Source: Mobula hypostoma
Lineage: Eukaryota
Length of the DNA: 64,000 nucleotides
Direction: 5' to 3'
Assembly: GCF_963921235.1 (NCBI RefSeq)
Contig: NC_086097.1
Location: 85,748,001 to 85,812,000 of the forward strand
Below are positions 40,810 through 52,568 of the stretch, piece by piece. Numbering within the stretch: position 1 is the first letter of the stretch; each line of letters opens with the position of its first letter. The notes under the pieces are model-generated. The model was not told where the DNA came from, did no database searches, and saw nothing but the letters and a program-made list of their open reading frames with translations. Position numbers and translations under genes: made by a program.

Positions 40810-41020
40810 AAATCTATGATTGTTTTTTTCACCCCATTTTCTCCCCGCACCAATTTGGCGCATTGGGCAGTGACCTTGCCGTTTTTTGTGTGTCTGTTTT
40901 AGGAGGCCAAGTTGCTTGTTCAACCCAGCACTGTGCAAGAACTCGTGCAAGGAGCTGGATGAACTTGAACTCGGAACCTCTCGCTCCAAAGTCTGGTGCG
41001 GATGCCAGTGCACCACCAGA
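40810..41020 (-). mobile_element. tRNA-derived SINE
   Basis: Minus strand tggtggtgcactggcatccgcaccagacttt...ccgagttcaagttc (A/B-box-like head). Confidence 0.6.
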
Positions 41021-41327
41021 AGAGATACTAAAGGAAATAAGTCTTATACACATCAATTAAGTCTTCCCCTTTCCAAGTCTATTCAACCTTTCCCCAATTA
41101 AAATTTTCTATTTCAGGAAATCACACACAACAAGCTTGCTGCTTGTGCTACTGAAGATGAGGTGATTGATAGCTGTGCTGGAACCAGTTAAAAGTCCAAA
41201 GACAGTGATAGATCAAAGGTAGTTATTTACAAACTAGAGATTCAAATGTCCAAGGGACGACTAGTGGTCCGTTAATTCACCAGGAAAAAATGCAAAAATG
41301 AACCTGAATGATAGGGTTGCTAAATCA

Positions 41328-41480
41328 TAAACACAAAAAATTCTGCGGATGCTAGAAATCTAAAGTAACTGGAAGAATTCAGCAGATCAGACAGCATCTG
41401 TCAAGGCCCTGAAGAAGGGTCTTGACCCAAAACATCGACTGTTTATTAATTTCTATACATGCTGCCTCCAGCATTTTTTG
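41328..41480. mobile_element. Short inverted Penelope-type repeat with best-preserved hammerhead motif
   Basis: ctgaagaagggtcttgacccaaaacatcgactg at 41409-41441; flanked by agggttgctaaatca direct repeats. Confidence 0.7.
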
Positions 41481-41879
41481 AGGGTTGCTAAATCACTGTT
41501 TTTGAAGAGGCCACTTTAATTTACCATTTTAAGATTAACAGTTATACATGGCAGAAACAAAAATTGCTGTTGACAAACTAAGCAAAATGTCAGTGACTAA
41601 TCAAATGCCTCCCTGTGTTTCACTATAGAATATTCAGCATGGACTAGAAGGGCCTAGATGGCCTGTTTCCGTGTTGTAATTGTTATATGGTTATATGAAC
41701 ATCCACCAGTAGCAGTAGCATTCATTTGTTCCTCCATCAGGATAAAACTAAGCGATAGTTGTCCATAGCAATTACCTCAATTTTCCTTCTGAATATGCTA
41801 AGCTGCTAGAAGAAAAATTTAACCTAACTCAATGAAATTTCCCATCAGACTCTTCTGCTATAAAGAACATCTATTTCTT

Positions 41880-42125
41880 GCTCCTGAACCACCTCAACAC
41901 CAAACTGATTCCACAGCCTACACACTTACTTTCAAGGACTCTACAACTCATGTTCTCAGTATTATTTTTTTTTTGTATTTGCAGTTGGTCTTTTGCAAAT
42001 TGCCTGTTTATCATTGACTCCATTGTATTTCTTTGTTCTGTGAATGCCTGCAAGAAAATGAATCCCAGGGTAGTATACAGACACAGAAATTTACTTTGAT
42101 AATAAATTTATTTTGAACTTTGAAT
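41880..42125 (+). mobile_element. Rex1-like LINE 3' UTR fragment
   Basis: Ends tttgataataaatttattttgaactttga, the reverse complement of the ends at 31828 and 50092. Confidence 0.7.
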
Positions 42126-43179
42126 AATCCAAGCCATGTTCATGCTAATCCAAGTTCATGCAAAAAGCACAACATGTTGACAAGTGAATATTGACTACTA
42201 ATTCTGAAAAAATTCTATTGGTTTTCCATGTTCTAGGAGGACAGATGACAATTTGTTGAATGCACCATTACATCTCCAAAACTACTCACACTGGCACAGT
42301 GCTGTGACCTTCATTCTGCCACACAACCACTGCCACTCCCAACTACAGCAGCTTTTAAGCTATTGTACTGTGGCTGCCATTGATCATACGTTGGCTTGCT
42401 TCCCAGTGGTCAGTGTGGCACAAACACTATGTGCAAACTCTACAAGCAGTACTTAAAGAATGAGGATGAAAACTATCCAACTGTTTTTCTACTGGGGATT
42501 TTAGCATTTACAGGTCACGTGATTTGACTCAACAGAATCAGAATCATAAAGCCATTAGGGATCAGTTGAGGTTGCTCAAAGGCCTATGAAATGTGTAATA
42601 TAGCCTGGTCTGTGAATTCCATTTGGTTTATAAAACAGAATAAACACACTGAAGAACATTTTCTTTCTTGTCTTTTCCTATGCTTTTTCCTTCTCTCTCC
42701 CACTTGCTTTATAAATACATTGTACAACCAGCGATATTTCTTTGGTCATCATATCTTACATAAGGTACAAAAATGTCATAAGACTACAAATGCTAGCTCG
42801 AACACATTCCTTGTTTATGGAAAAAATACGACCTGTTGAAAAGGTAAATGTTAACTATGATTTCCAATTCTGAAAAGTTCCTTACAACAAAACTAGGAGG
42901 ACTGAAACTTCCATTGAGATTCTGCATTGGGGTTTCTAATTAATTGGGGAGGCCATTCCCATGAGTTAGGTCTGAGTTTAGAGATTAGAAGTTGGGAAAA
43001 GGATAGCAATAAAGGCATGGATAAAGATTTTGATAACAATAAGTAAGAGTAGAAAAATTCAAAGTTGAAGGCAAGCAAGCTTGGTGCAAGGTAAAACTGA
43101 ATACGTAGCTCAACCCGAGAGCAAGCACAAACATCCCTTCCAGGCATCATTTGCTACAGCTCAAGTAGTTGGTGTCATG

Positions 43180-44128
43180 AAGTCACAGGGTCATGAAACA
43201 GGCCCTTTGGACAACCTGCCCAAGCCAACTGCCTTTTTGTGAGCTAGTCCCACCTGCCCATAACCTTCTAAATCCCTCCTATCTATGTACAAACATTTGT
43301 ACTTATCTATATATGTCTTGGAAATGTCATTAACGTGCCCATCTCAACTATTTCTAGAAGCTCTTTGTGTGACGATGTCTCTTTAAAATCTCTCACCTCT
43401 GATCTTCAAACTATACCCAATTGTTTTCAATAGGTTTTCAAAAGGTACATTTAGTGTCAGAGAAATGTATACAATATACATCCTGAAATTCTTTTTCTTT
43501 TTTTTAAGCACACCCTTCCTGGGGAAAGGACTATGTAATCTTAAGCACTTCTATCATCTCACACCTCATTCACGGGAATAAAGTCCTAGTCTAAGCAACC
43601 TCTTGTAACTCAGGGCTCTATGTGCAGGTAACATCCTGGTAAACCTCTTTTGCACTCTTTCTAGTTTAATAAGATCTTTCCTATAACAGGGTGACCAAAA
43701 CTGTACATAATACTCCAAGTGCAGTCTAACCAACATCTTATGTAACTGCATCACTACTTTCCAACTCTTACACTCAGTGCCCTGATTGATGAAAACAGTG
43801 TACCAAACACTTTCTTCTCCACTCTATCTACCAGTGTTGCCACTTTTAATAAACTATGCAACTGAACTCCTAGATCTCTCTGTTCAATAACAGTCCCCAG
43901 GGCACTACAATCCATTGTACAAGTCTTTTCCTTGTTTGAGGTCCCAAAATATAGTAACTCACATTTATCTAGATTGAAAGTCATTTGACAATCCTTAGCC
44001 CACATCCATTGTTGATCCAAGATCCCCTATAATTCTTCATAGACTTCTACACTATCTAACACACCTATTTTAGTATATCTGCAGATTTACTAACCATGCT
44101 TTGTACATTCATATCCAGATTGTTTATA
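43180..44128 (-). mobile_element. CR1 LINE 3' fragment
   Basis: LVRLHLEYYVQFWSP..LERVQKRFTRMLP and RDLGVQ motifs. Confidence 0.85.
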
Positions 44129-44510
44129 CACACTCAATGGCCACATTATTCTTTACCTAATAAAGCGGCCATTGAGTGTATGATCATGGTCTTCTGCTGC
44201 TGTAGCCCATCTACTTCAAGATTCAACATGTGCATTACGAGATGCTCTTCTGCTCACCACTATTGTAAGACATGGTTATTTGAGTTACTGGCCACTTCCT
44301 GTCAGCTTGAACTAACCTGGCCATTCTCCACTGACCTCTCACATTAAAAAGACATTTCCACCCACAGAACTGGCTGCTCACTTGATGCTTTCTGTTTCTC
44401 ACACCATTCTTGGTAAACTCCGGAGATTTTGCCATGTGAGAATCCCAGGACATCAGCAGTTTCAAACTACCCCATCTGACAACAACAATCATTCCATGGT
44501 CAATATAATA
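44129..44510 (-). mobile_element. Non-autonomous Tc1-derived element
   Basis: Palindromic cactcaatggccac...aataaagcggccattgagtg and Tc1 HTH remnant (GQWRMARLVQADRK..TQIT..YN). Confidence 0.65.
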
Positions 44511-44664
44511 GTGAACCATTTTCCTAAATAATCTGCCTATTGACATGACATGTCTCTACTTATAATTTTTAAACCAAGTAAGATTTTATACATCTCTAAT
44601 AAAGTTGCATTTGGGAACTTAAGCCTGTTCTGTGATTCATGAAAACCATAGATAATCTTTCTTT

Positions 44665-44997
44665 CATCACCCAGGGCATACCCTCTTCTCATTGTTACCA
44701 TCAGGAAGCAGGTACAGAAGCCTGAAAGCTTACACTCAGCGATTCAGGAACAACTTCTTCCCCCTGCCATACAATTCCTAAATGGACATTGAATCCATGA
44801 ACACTACCTCACTTTTTAGTAATATATGTTAGTTCTATTTTTGCACTATTTTTAATCTATTTAATATACATATATATTCTTACTGCGATCGATTTACTTA
44901 TTTTTATTTTCTGTATTATCATGTATTGCATTGCATTGCTGCTGCTAAGACAAGACATTTCACAACACGTGCCTTTGATGATAAACATGATTCTGAA
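44665..44997 (+). mobile_element. Rex1-like LINE 3' fragment
   Basis: catcacccagg...gaggtacagaagcctg...gattctga, as in the 29250 and 54435 copies. Confidence 0.8.
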
Positions 44998-45408
44998 CTC
45001 TGCTTGCCTAAAACTAATAATATTTCCTTGTCATCCAAAATACTATTCATCAATTGTAAACTCAGATTTGTACATTGGCTGAGCTTCATAGCTAACTGGG
45101 CTTGAGAATACCAAAAAAAAATCAAAGTTTCAACTCAAATGTGGAAAGATTCACCCTGCTTAACCTTTGTTATAAAACAACCTTTTCATCCCAGAGATCT
45201 TCTTTCTATTTCCCAAACTGCCTTCGATATATTCCCCCACAAATATCTCAAAAACTATACATAGTACTTCATACTGTCTCCAACCCCTTGCTAGTTGCAG
45301 CAACGACTTCCAATATTTTCGTACTACACAATTAAACAACCGTGATGGGCTGGGTGAGGAGAAGATGGTCAACTAGTATGGCTAGAGTAGGATGGAGAAC
45401 CTCTAGAG

Positions 45409-45489
45409 CAGGGATTCCCAACGTGGGGTCCAAAGACTCCTTGCTTAATGGTATTGGTCCATGGCATAAAAAAATGTTGGGAATCCCTG
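45409..45489. mobile_element. 81-bp hAT (Charlie-like) MITE
   Basis: Perfect TIR cagggattcccaac / gttgggaatccctg; TSD ctctagag; same family as 39028, opposite orientation. Confidence 0.9.
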
Positions 45490-47277
45490 CTCTAGAGGAA
45501 GATTTTCAAATATCATGAAGGATGTCATATTCATCTTGATAAGTGGTGCTGTAGTGAGATGGAACTTGCTCAAAGAGGGAGAGATACGGGAATCTCAAAA
45601 ACACTGTAAACCCATTTAAGGAGATGAGAACCCCATCAAGATCTTGAAATTAAAGGGAGGTGGCAGTTAGGATAGTTGGCTGCAAGCACAAAAGATGCTA
45701 AGATTTATTGTGTGGTTGACAATGGTGGACTTATAGAGGAGGGTGAATTTTTTTGAGAGGGAATATTAGCAATATTAGCAGATATTATGGGTGCAGGCAA
45801 CTTGATCATCAACATTTATTGTAGAAGATATAATAATAATAAAAAAGAAAGAAATTAGAGAATGAGACAGGAGCCAGTGGAAGTGTGGCCTGATAGGCCA
45901 AGGGAAAGAAAAAAATTGTTTTCCCCAAAATTTCATGGAGCTTATTAGAAGCAGAAGATATGACAGAAAAGATGCAAGAAGGAAAAATTGTTTACATTAT
46001 ATAAGCCAGAAGCTGTCTCGGCTTTCCAGCTTGTGTCTTTGAAAAAAAAATGCTCCCTGAACTCTGGAGGATTTCTAAAATAGAAGTATCTGGAAAAGTA
46101 CTGAGCCGCTCTAATTTCTTCAGGAGGAACACAAGGTGGCCAAGTAAATTGGCAAAGGACCACAGCATCTCTCAAACATCACATCCATCAGATTAAACAA
46201 CTTCTATCCCACTGGTCACAGATTATGTACAGGAATCTTCAACAACCTCAGTCCAACAAAACCATGGTGAAAGTAAATCTTTGAGCATGATAGAACTGCT
46301 TCAGATGATGATCCAGGAATCAATATGCAATGTTTTTGTTTAAATGCCTGCAGATCAAAATGCACCCTCAAAAATATACAAAGGTTTCATAAAAAGTGAT
46401 TTATGTCAACTTTCTCACCGATCTCCAAATCAAAGGCTTTTTTTTTAAACTGAATAAAATTATAGACAAGAATGTTATAGAGAAATCAAACCAGAAAATG
46501 CTTGAAATATTCAGCTTGACATGCATAGTTTTAGTGATAGGGGATTGACTAAAATGCTATTCGTCTTTCTTAAGGTGCTGCCTAACCACCTCAATAGTTG
46601 CAATATTCATTTTGCTTTAATAGTAGATCTCCAGGTTCAACTATTATTCTGTTTTGGAAACAAATATGTACTTTTGATATGAAGACTCAAGAGAATGTAT
46701 ACCACCAGAGTCCAGAACCACAAAATCTTCATGAGGAACTAAGTGGATTAGGTCTCTACATTTCAGTCATATTGTTGCATCTCACCCACCAAATATTGCC
46801 CAACTCACTCAATTCCTCCTGCAGATTGTTGATTGCACTTCTGACATAACAGGAATGCTTGCACCTGTTCCAAGATCTATTTTAATACCTTCTCCTCAGG
46901 TAGGCGTCTCATCTGAAATGAGGAGCAACTTGCTCTGCAAGAACCCTGTTCATTCCTCATCCCACTCCATAAAGTTTGTTCCATCAAAGCCTTAATGCAT
47001 TGCTACTTCCGTACTTTTGACGTCCATTCCATAAAGACCGCAGCAACTACCTGTATGCTCAAGTCCTTTCTTATCTACATACCACATTCAACCCTACCCA
47101 CAAGCCTCATGAATTTTCAGGTGCATACATCCTCACTTGCCTGCCGACACACATTCACTGCTGGCGAATACATTAACTACCGTCCTAAGTATCCACCTCC
47201 CCTACAAAGGTACTTTGCCCTCCAAATGCCCCCTTCCCCCACATCCACACGCCAATTACCCCTAATGTTGAGTTTAC

Positions 47278-47338
47278 CTGAAGCGCCTCGCTTCAGACTA
47301 ATTTCCTCAGTCAGGGTGGTATAAGACGTGCAGCTCAT
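47278..47338 (-). CDS. SYNJ2BP: SYNJ2BP/OMP25-like PDZ protein, coding exon 1 (MSCTSYTTLTEEISLKRGAS-G)
   Basis: ATG at 47338 in a CpG-rich region; 61 nt ending in a phase-1 donor CAG|GTAAAC; EEISLKRGASG parallels EEINLTRGPSG (PDZ betaA strand) of SYNJ2BP. Confidence 0.9.
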
Positions 47339-47700
47339 GCTGACACCTGAGGAAAAGCCCGCAGGAAGAGCAAATCCACCCAACGCGACCGCGGAGCCGA
47401 AGCCACGCACAAGCGGAAACCAACCAGCGAGCCTTCTCGCACATGCGTCCTTCGAGGTGGAGGGAGTCCCACGACGTGCGCATGCGCAGCCGTCCGGCAA
47501 CACCGTTCGCGCATGCTCCTGACTACCTGTACCTGCACTGTGCAGTTGTCCAGGCTAGTACCGGCACCCCATGACAATAGTGGTTTGCGAATGCGCATCA
47601 TTTGGTTTTGAAAAGCAGAAATGTCCGCATTATAATTTAATGCCGCACCCATTGTCTTGCGGTGAAGATTTCGGTAATACCTTTGAGAGGCGAGAAGAGG
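47339..47700 (-). promoter_or_regulatory. CpG-rich promoter/5' UTR of the SYNJ2BP-like gene with NRF1 motifs
   Basis: Most CpG-dense unique stretch I noticed in the window; perfect palindrome TGCGCATGCGCA at 47477-47488 and near-match TGCGAATGCGCA at 47586-47597. Confidence 0.75.
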
Positions 47701-47869
47701 GCAGATTTGTTGGCTGATGAACATTGGCAAAAGGAGCACTTCGTTCTTTGGAGAGAACTCAGTTTCTGGAGCTCAATAAAATAGAATTTGACCAACATGA
47801 CACCTGTGCTTTCTACAATACACCTCCTTTATTTCAGGAGAGTGTCTCACTACAGATCAATAGCGGCAA

Positions 47870-48460
47870 ATGCAGAGTTCTCTGAACGTGGCAAATAAAG
47901 TAAAGACTTTATCGGCCATTGAGTGTAAAAAGTTAGCGAATCACGTCGACATGAAAATGCTCAGTTTGAAGTGTTGCCAGCAATGTGGTCTCGCCACCAC
48001 AGGAATGACGTGGAGGCTTTGGGGTAGTGCAGAGGAGGTTCACCAGGAGGATAGCTGAATAAGAAAGTATTAGCTATAAGGAGAGGTTGGAAAACCCCGT
48101 ATTAGTTTCTCTGGAGTGTCAGAAGCTAAGGCCATGAGACAGAAGAGCGGAATTCGTCCATTCAGCCCGTCGAGTCTGCTCTGCTATTCGATCATGGCTG
48201 ATTTATTTTCCGTGTCGGCTCAATTCTTCTCCCTTCTCCTCACAACCTTTTATACCCTTACTAATTAAGTACCTATGAAACTCAACTTTAAATATACCCA
48301 AGGAAGCAGATATGATAGCCGCATTTGAGAGACATTTAAACAGGCAGGGGGTGGAGGGGTGTAACCTAGGTGCGTGATTAGATTGAATTGGTACTGTATC
48401 ATGTTTGGCACAGTCCTGGCAGGCTGAAGTGTCTCTTGAGTTTGCTATGCTGCTCTATAC
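47870..48460 (+). mobile_element. Old CR1 3' fragment containing an inverted CR1-tail piece (~48130-48300)
   Basis: agtgcagaggaggttcaccagg and tagctataaggagaggttgg motifs. Confidence 0.6.
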
Positions 48461-49319
48461 AGTATTCTAATGCCAGTTAAAAATGGCTTGTAAGCCATCC
48501 CTGCCTTGATTGCTTGAGCTCTGAAAAGAAGCAAAATAAATTAATATGCTAGGCTTGAAATTCTTGAATGTAGAAAATGAAAAGATGAGTTTAAAATGAT
48601 GAAAGAGTGGTAGATAAAATCCTTGCCAGTTGATAGAATATCTGAATATTGAGGGCATATGTTCAAAAGTAAACTACAAAAATCCTTGTTTATTCAAAAT
48701 TTAATGGATATCTGAAGCTTTCCAATCTCACTTCAATGCCCAGATTTCGAGCCAATTGATAAATTGATGAACAGATTTACACATCTTTATTAATCAAGTC
48801 TGTTAAGGAGTATGGAATTCGGACAAAGAATAAGTTAAGATCAAATTAAAGAGTAGAATGGATTTGAATGATCCATTCTCATATGGCCATAAGGGATCTC
48901 TTTACATAGGTTTACAACTATTATTTCCTTTGCTTCATAAATGTTGCATGCCCTGCAGCTGAGGAACCAAAAGACCTCCCATACAGGAGAAATTGAGGGG
49001 AAAACGTAATTTTCAAAGCATTTTTGACACTAGTTGAACTGATTAAAAAACACACTAAAATTTTAAACAAAGATCAACTGCATAGAGTAGAGGTCATTAA
49101 TGTTCCAGTAACGTCAAGGTACATTTATTATCAAGGTATGTATACAACATACAAACTTGAGATTCCTCTCTTTAAAAAACAATAGAACCCATTTAAAAAA
49201 GACTATCAAACAGCATTTTTTTTTTAAAAAAAAAGATTGTCAAACACCCAATGTGCAAACAACAAAAGCAAGCAAATAACTGAAGCTCACAAAAGTGAGT
49301 CCATAGAAAGAAGGGTCAT

Positions 49320-50090
49320 AGAAAATCCTTGGCAAGTAGTTTAAAGAGAATCCCAAGGCATTCTAAACCTAAATCAACAGCAGGAGGATAACCATGGATA
49401 AAGGAGCGGAAATGTGCTTGGAGGCAAAAATGTGGGCGGGGTCTTAAATGAGTACTTTGTTTCAGTATCTACTGAAGAGAAGGACATGCAGGATCAATGT
49501 GAAATATTCCAATTGGCTAGGGCGTTTCAAGGTAAGGAGATAGTGTTGGGTCTCTTAAAGAACATTAAGGTGGATATTCCACAGGATCTGAGGAGATGTA
49601 CCCCAGGTTATTGAGAGAGGAAGGAGATGAGATTGCTGGGGCTTTGATCATGATCTTTGTGTCCTCCCTTTACCATTGACAAGGTCCTATAGGACTGGGG
49701 AGCAATTAACTTTCAATTATTCAAAAAGGGATTATCCTGGATACTGTAGGCTAGAGAGTCTCACATCAGTGGTAACAAGTTTACGAAGTGGATTCTTAGG
49801 GATGGGATTTATGAGTATTTGGAAAAGCATAGCCTAATTAGGGACAGCCAGCAGAATTTTGTGTGGGGCAAGTTGCGTCTTGAGGCAGCGATGAACATAG
49901 AGCTACAGATGTTGTCCTCGTGGATTTTAGTAAAGCATCAAACAAGGTCTGTTATGAGATACTCATCCAGAAGCTTAAGATGCACGGAATCAATGGTGAA
50001 TTGGCAGTTTGGATTCAGAGTTGGCCCCCACACCCATCCCAATAGAAGACAGGATAATGGTCAATGGGAGTAATTCTGTCTGGAGGTCTC
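49320..50090 (+). mobile_element. Host CR1 LINE, first segment (resumes ~54060-54175, ~56811-56855 and ~60186-60262)
   Basis: VLNEYFVSV.TEEK and LIRDSQQ.FV motifs; later pieces continue the CR1 ORF2 in order. Confidence 0.75.
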
Positions 50091-50145
50091 AAAATTCAAA
50101 GTTAATTTATTATCTAAGTACATATACGAGGGGTGATTGATAAGT

Positions 50146-52568
50146 ATGTTTTTAATTTAATTTATCGTTGACATCCTTCAAGACATCAGCCATGTACAAA
50201 AGTTCCTACAAAATCTTTAAGAACAACTGCCTCAACAAATCCCACCATCTGTAGAAGAACACTGGAATCAATTCAAGAACACTATCATCACATCCTGCAA
50301 AGAAACAGTTGGGTTCAAGATGAAAAAAACATCAGGATTGGTTCGATGATAACGACAAACTACTCCAACAACTCATTGACGAAAAGAGAAAAGCTTTCAT
50401 CACCTTACAAAATGACCAACAATCGGCTACCGAAAGGAAACACTATCAGGAATGCAAGGCTGCAGTCCAGTAGAGCACCCGAAACCTGAAAAACCAATGG
50501 TGGAGGAAGAAAGCTCAGGAAATCCAATCTAGCAGACGCCAACGACACTCGAGGCTTTTTCAACGCAACTAAAGCTATTTTTGGCCCATCCAGGCACGGT
50601 CAAGCCCCTCTCAAAAGCAAAGATGGTTCAACCATCCTGAAGAGCAATGCTGACATCAATTCTAGATGGAGGGAGCACTTTGAAGATCTTCTAAATCAAA
50701 CTGTCTCATTTGACAGGAATGTGATTAACAACATTCCAAAACAGCCCGTTGACGACTCCCTAAGCAAAATACCAACATTTGAAGAAGTCAAGGAACCCAT
50801 CAAAACCTTGAAAAACAATAAGGCTGCTGGACTCGATGGAATACCAGCCGAGGTCTACAAAATTGGAGGTGACCCGCTTAATTATCAACTGCATCAACTT
50901 CTCATCAAGGTCTGGATAAATGAAGACACACCAGCAGACTTTAGAGGCTCAGCAATCGTTACCATCTACAAAAGGAAAGGTAATCGATCCGAATGCAGAA
51001 ACTATCATGAAATTTCCCTGTTAGCAACAGCAGGAAAGATCCTCACCCGCATCATGAACAACAGGCTCAAGCCTTTAGCTGAGAAGATCCTTCTGGGGAC
51101 ACCAGCCAGTTTAAGATCATCACACAGAGCAATCAACATGATCTTCACAATGCGACGGCTGCAAGAAAAATGTCAAGAACAACTTCAACCTTTGTACATG
51201 GCATTCATCGACCTCGGTTCCTTTGACTCGGTATCAAGGGAAATCCTATGGGAAGTCCTGTCCACCTATGGATGCCCTGAAAAGTACATTCAAATTCTGA
51301 GACTCCTCCACAATGGCATGCTTGCCACAGTCATGGTCAACAACAGTAACTGTGAGCTTTTTCAAGTTAGATCAAGAGTAAAACAGGGATGCATGATTGC
51401 CCCAACTTTGTTCACCACCTTCATTGCGACAATCATCCACATTATCAAGGATGACCTACCCCCAGGAATCGAAATTGTCTGCAGAACAGGTGGCAGACTT
51501 TTCAATATTGCCCGTCTCAAATCCAAAATGAAGACATCCACGAGTTCCCTCATCGAGTTCCAAAACGCAGATGACAACAGTGTTGCAGTTATTTCAGAAA
51601 ACTACCTACAACAGATTCTGACTGCCTTCAACCGTGCATATACGGAACTTGGACTTACCATCAATTCCAAGAAGACTCAGATCATCTATCAACTGTCACC
51701 AATTGAGACAAATCGGATAGAACCATCAATTCAACTTGGTGAAACAACCCTGGAAAACGTGGACCACTTTCCGTATCTTGGAAGTCACCTCTCCTCCAAT
51801 GTCGACCTTAATGACGAGATCCAACATCATCTTAAATGCGTTGGAACTGCTTTTGGACGTCTCCAAACAAGAGTCTTTCATAATCGTGACATTCAAACAG
51901 ACACCAAAACGTTAGTGTACAAAGCAGTGGTAATCCCAATGCTCCTGTATGCATCAGAAACCTGCACAACATACCGACGACATCTGAAGGCACTTGAAAA
52001 GTTCCAACAACGCTGTCTTCGAAACATCTTAAATATCAGCTGGGAACATAGAAGAACCAAAGTCAGTGTGCTAAATGAAGCAAAAACAACAAACATTGAA
52101 GCCTACGTCATCAAGAACCAACTAAGATGGAGCCGTCATGTTGCTTGGATGAAAGACGAACGTCTGCCGAAACAAATCTTCTACTCCCAGCCTAAAGAAG
52201 GCAAACGTAAAAGAGGCAGACAACAGAAGAGAATCAAACACGTCTTAAAAGCCAGCATGAAGAAATGTAACATCGACATCACCAATTGGGAAACCAATGC
52301 CAAGGACAGGAAACTCTGGCAAGCCATCATCCGAGAAGGAACAACAACTTTTGAAGCCAACAGATGTGCAGAATTAGAAGAAAAGAGAAGAAAATGGAAA
52401 GAGAGGCAGCAACAACCAAAGCCCGATCTGCCATCTGGAACTACCTGTCCTGAATGCGGAAGAACTTTCAAAGCCAATATTGGACTCATAAGCCACTTGA
52501 GAGCCCATAAGTAGATCAACAGAATGAAGATCATCATCCTCGACCTCGAGGGATAGCCATGACCGACC
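50146..52568 (+). mobile_element. 5'-truncated RTE-clade LINE
   Basis: TSD gataagt (50139-50145 / 52569-52575), short 3' UTR with gaccgacc tail. Confidence 0.92.
50721..52514 (+). pseudogene. RTE reverse transcriptase ORF (597 aa open) with C-terminal C2H2 finger; catalytic motif altered
   Basis: KAAGLDGIP, YMAFIDL, VKQGC..APTLF, QNADD (in place of YADD), FPYLGS, CPECGRTF...HLRAH; upstream stop and frameshift, no APE domain. Confidence 0.9.

Noticed and set aside
41776..41805. Candidate 27/30-nt microexon with good splice signals
   Set aside because: In-frame TAG when joined to exon 1; no support without RNA data (at most a poison exon).
47335..47739. 134-aa minus-strand ORF over the promoter
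   Set aside because: Different frame from the PDZ exon, no recognisable homology, typical of GC-rich promoter DNA.
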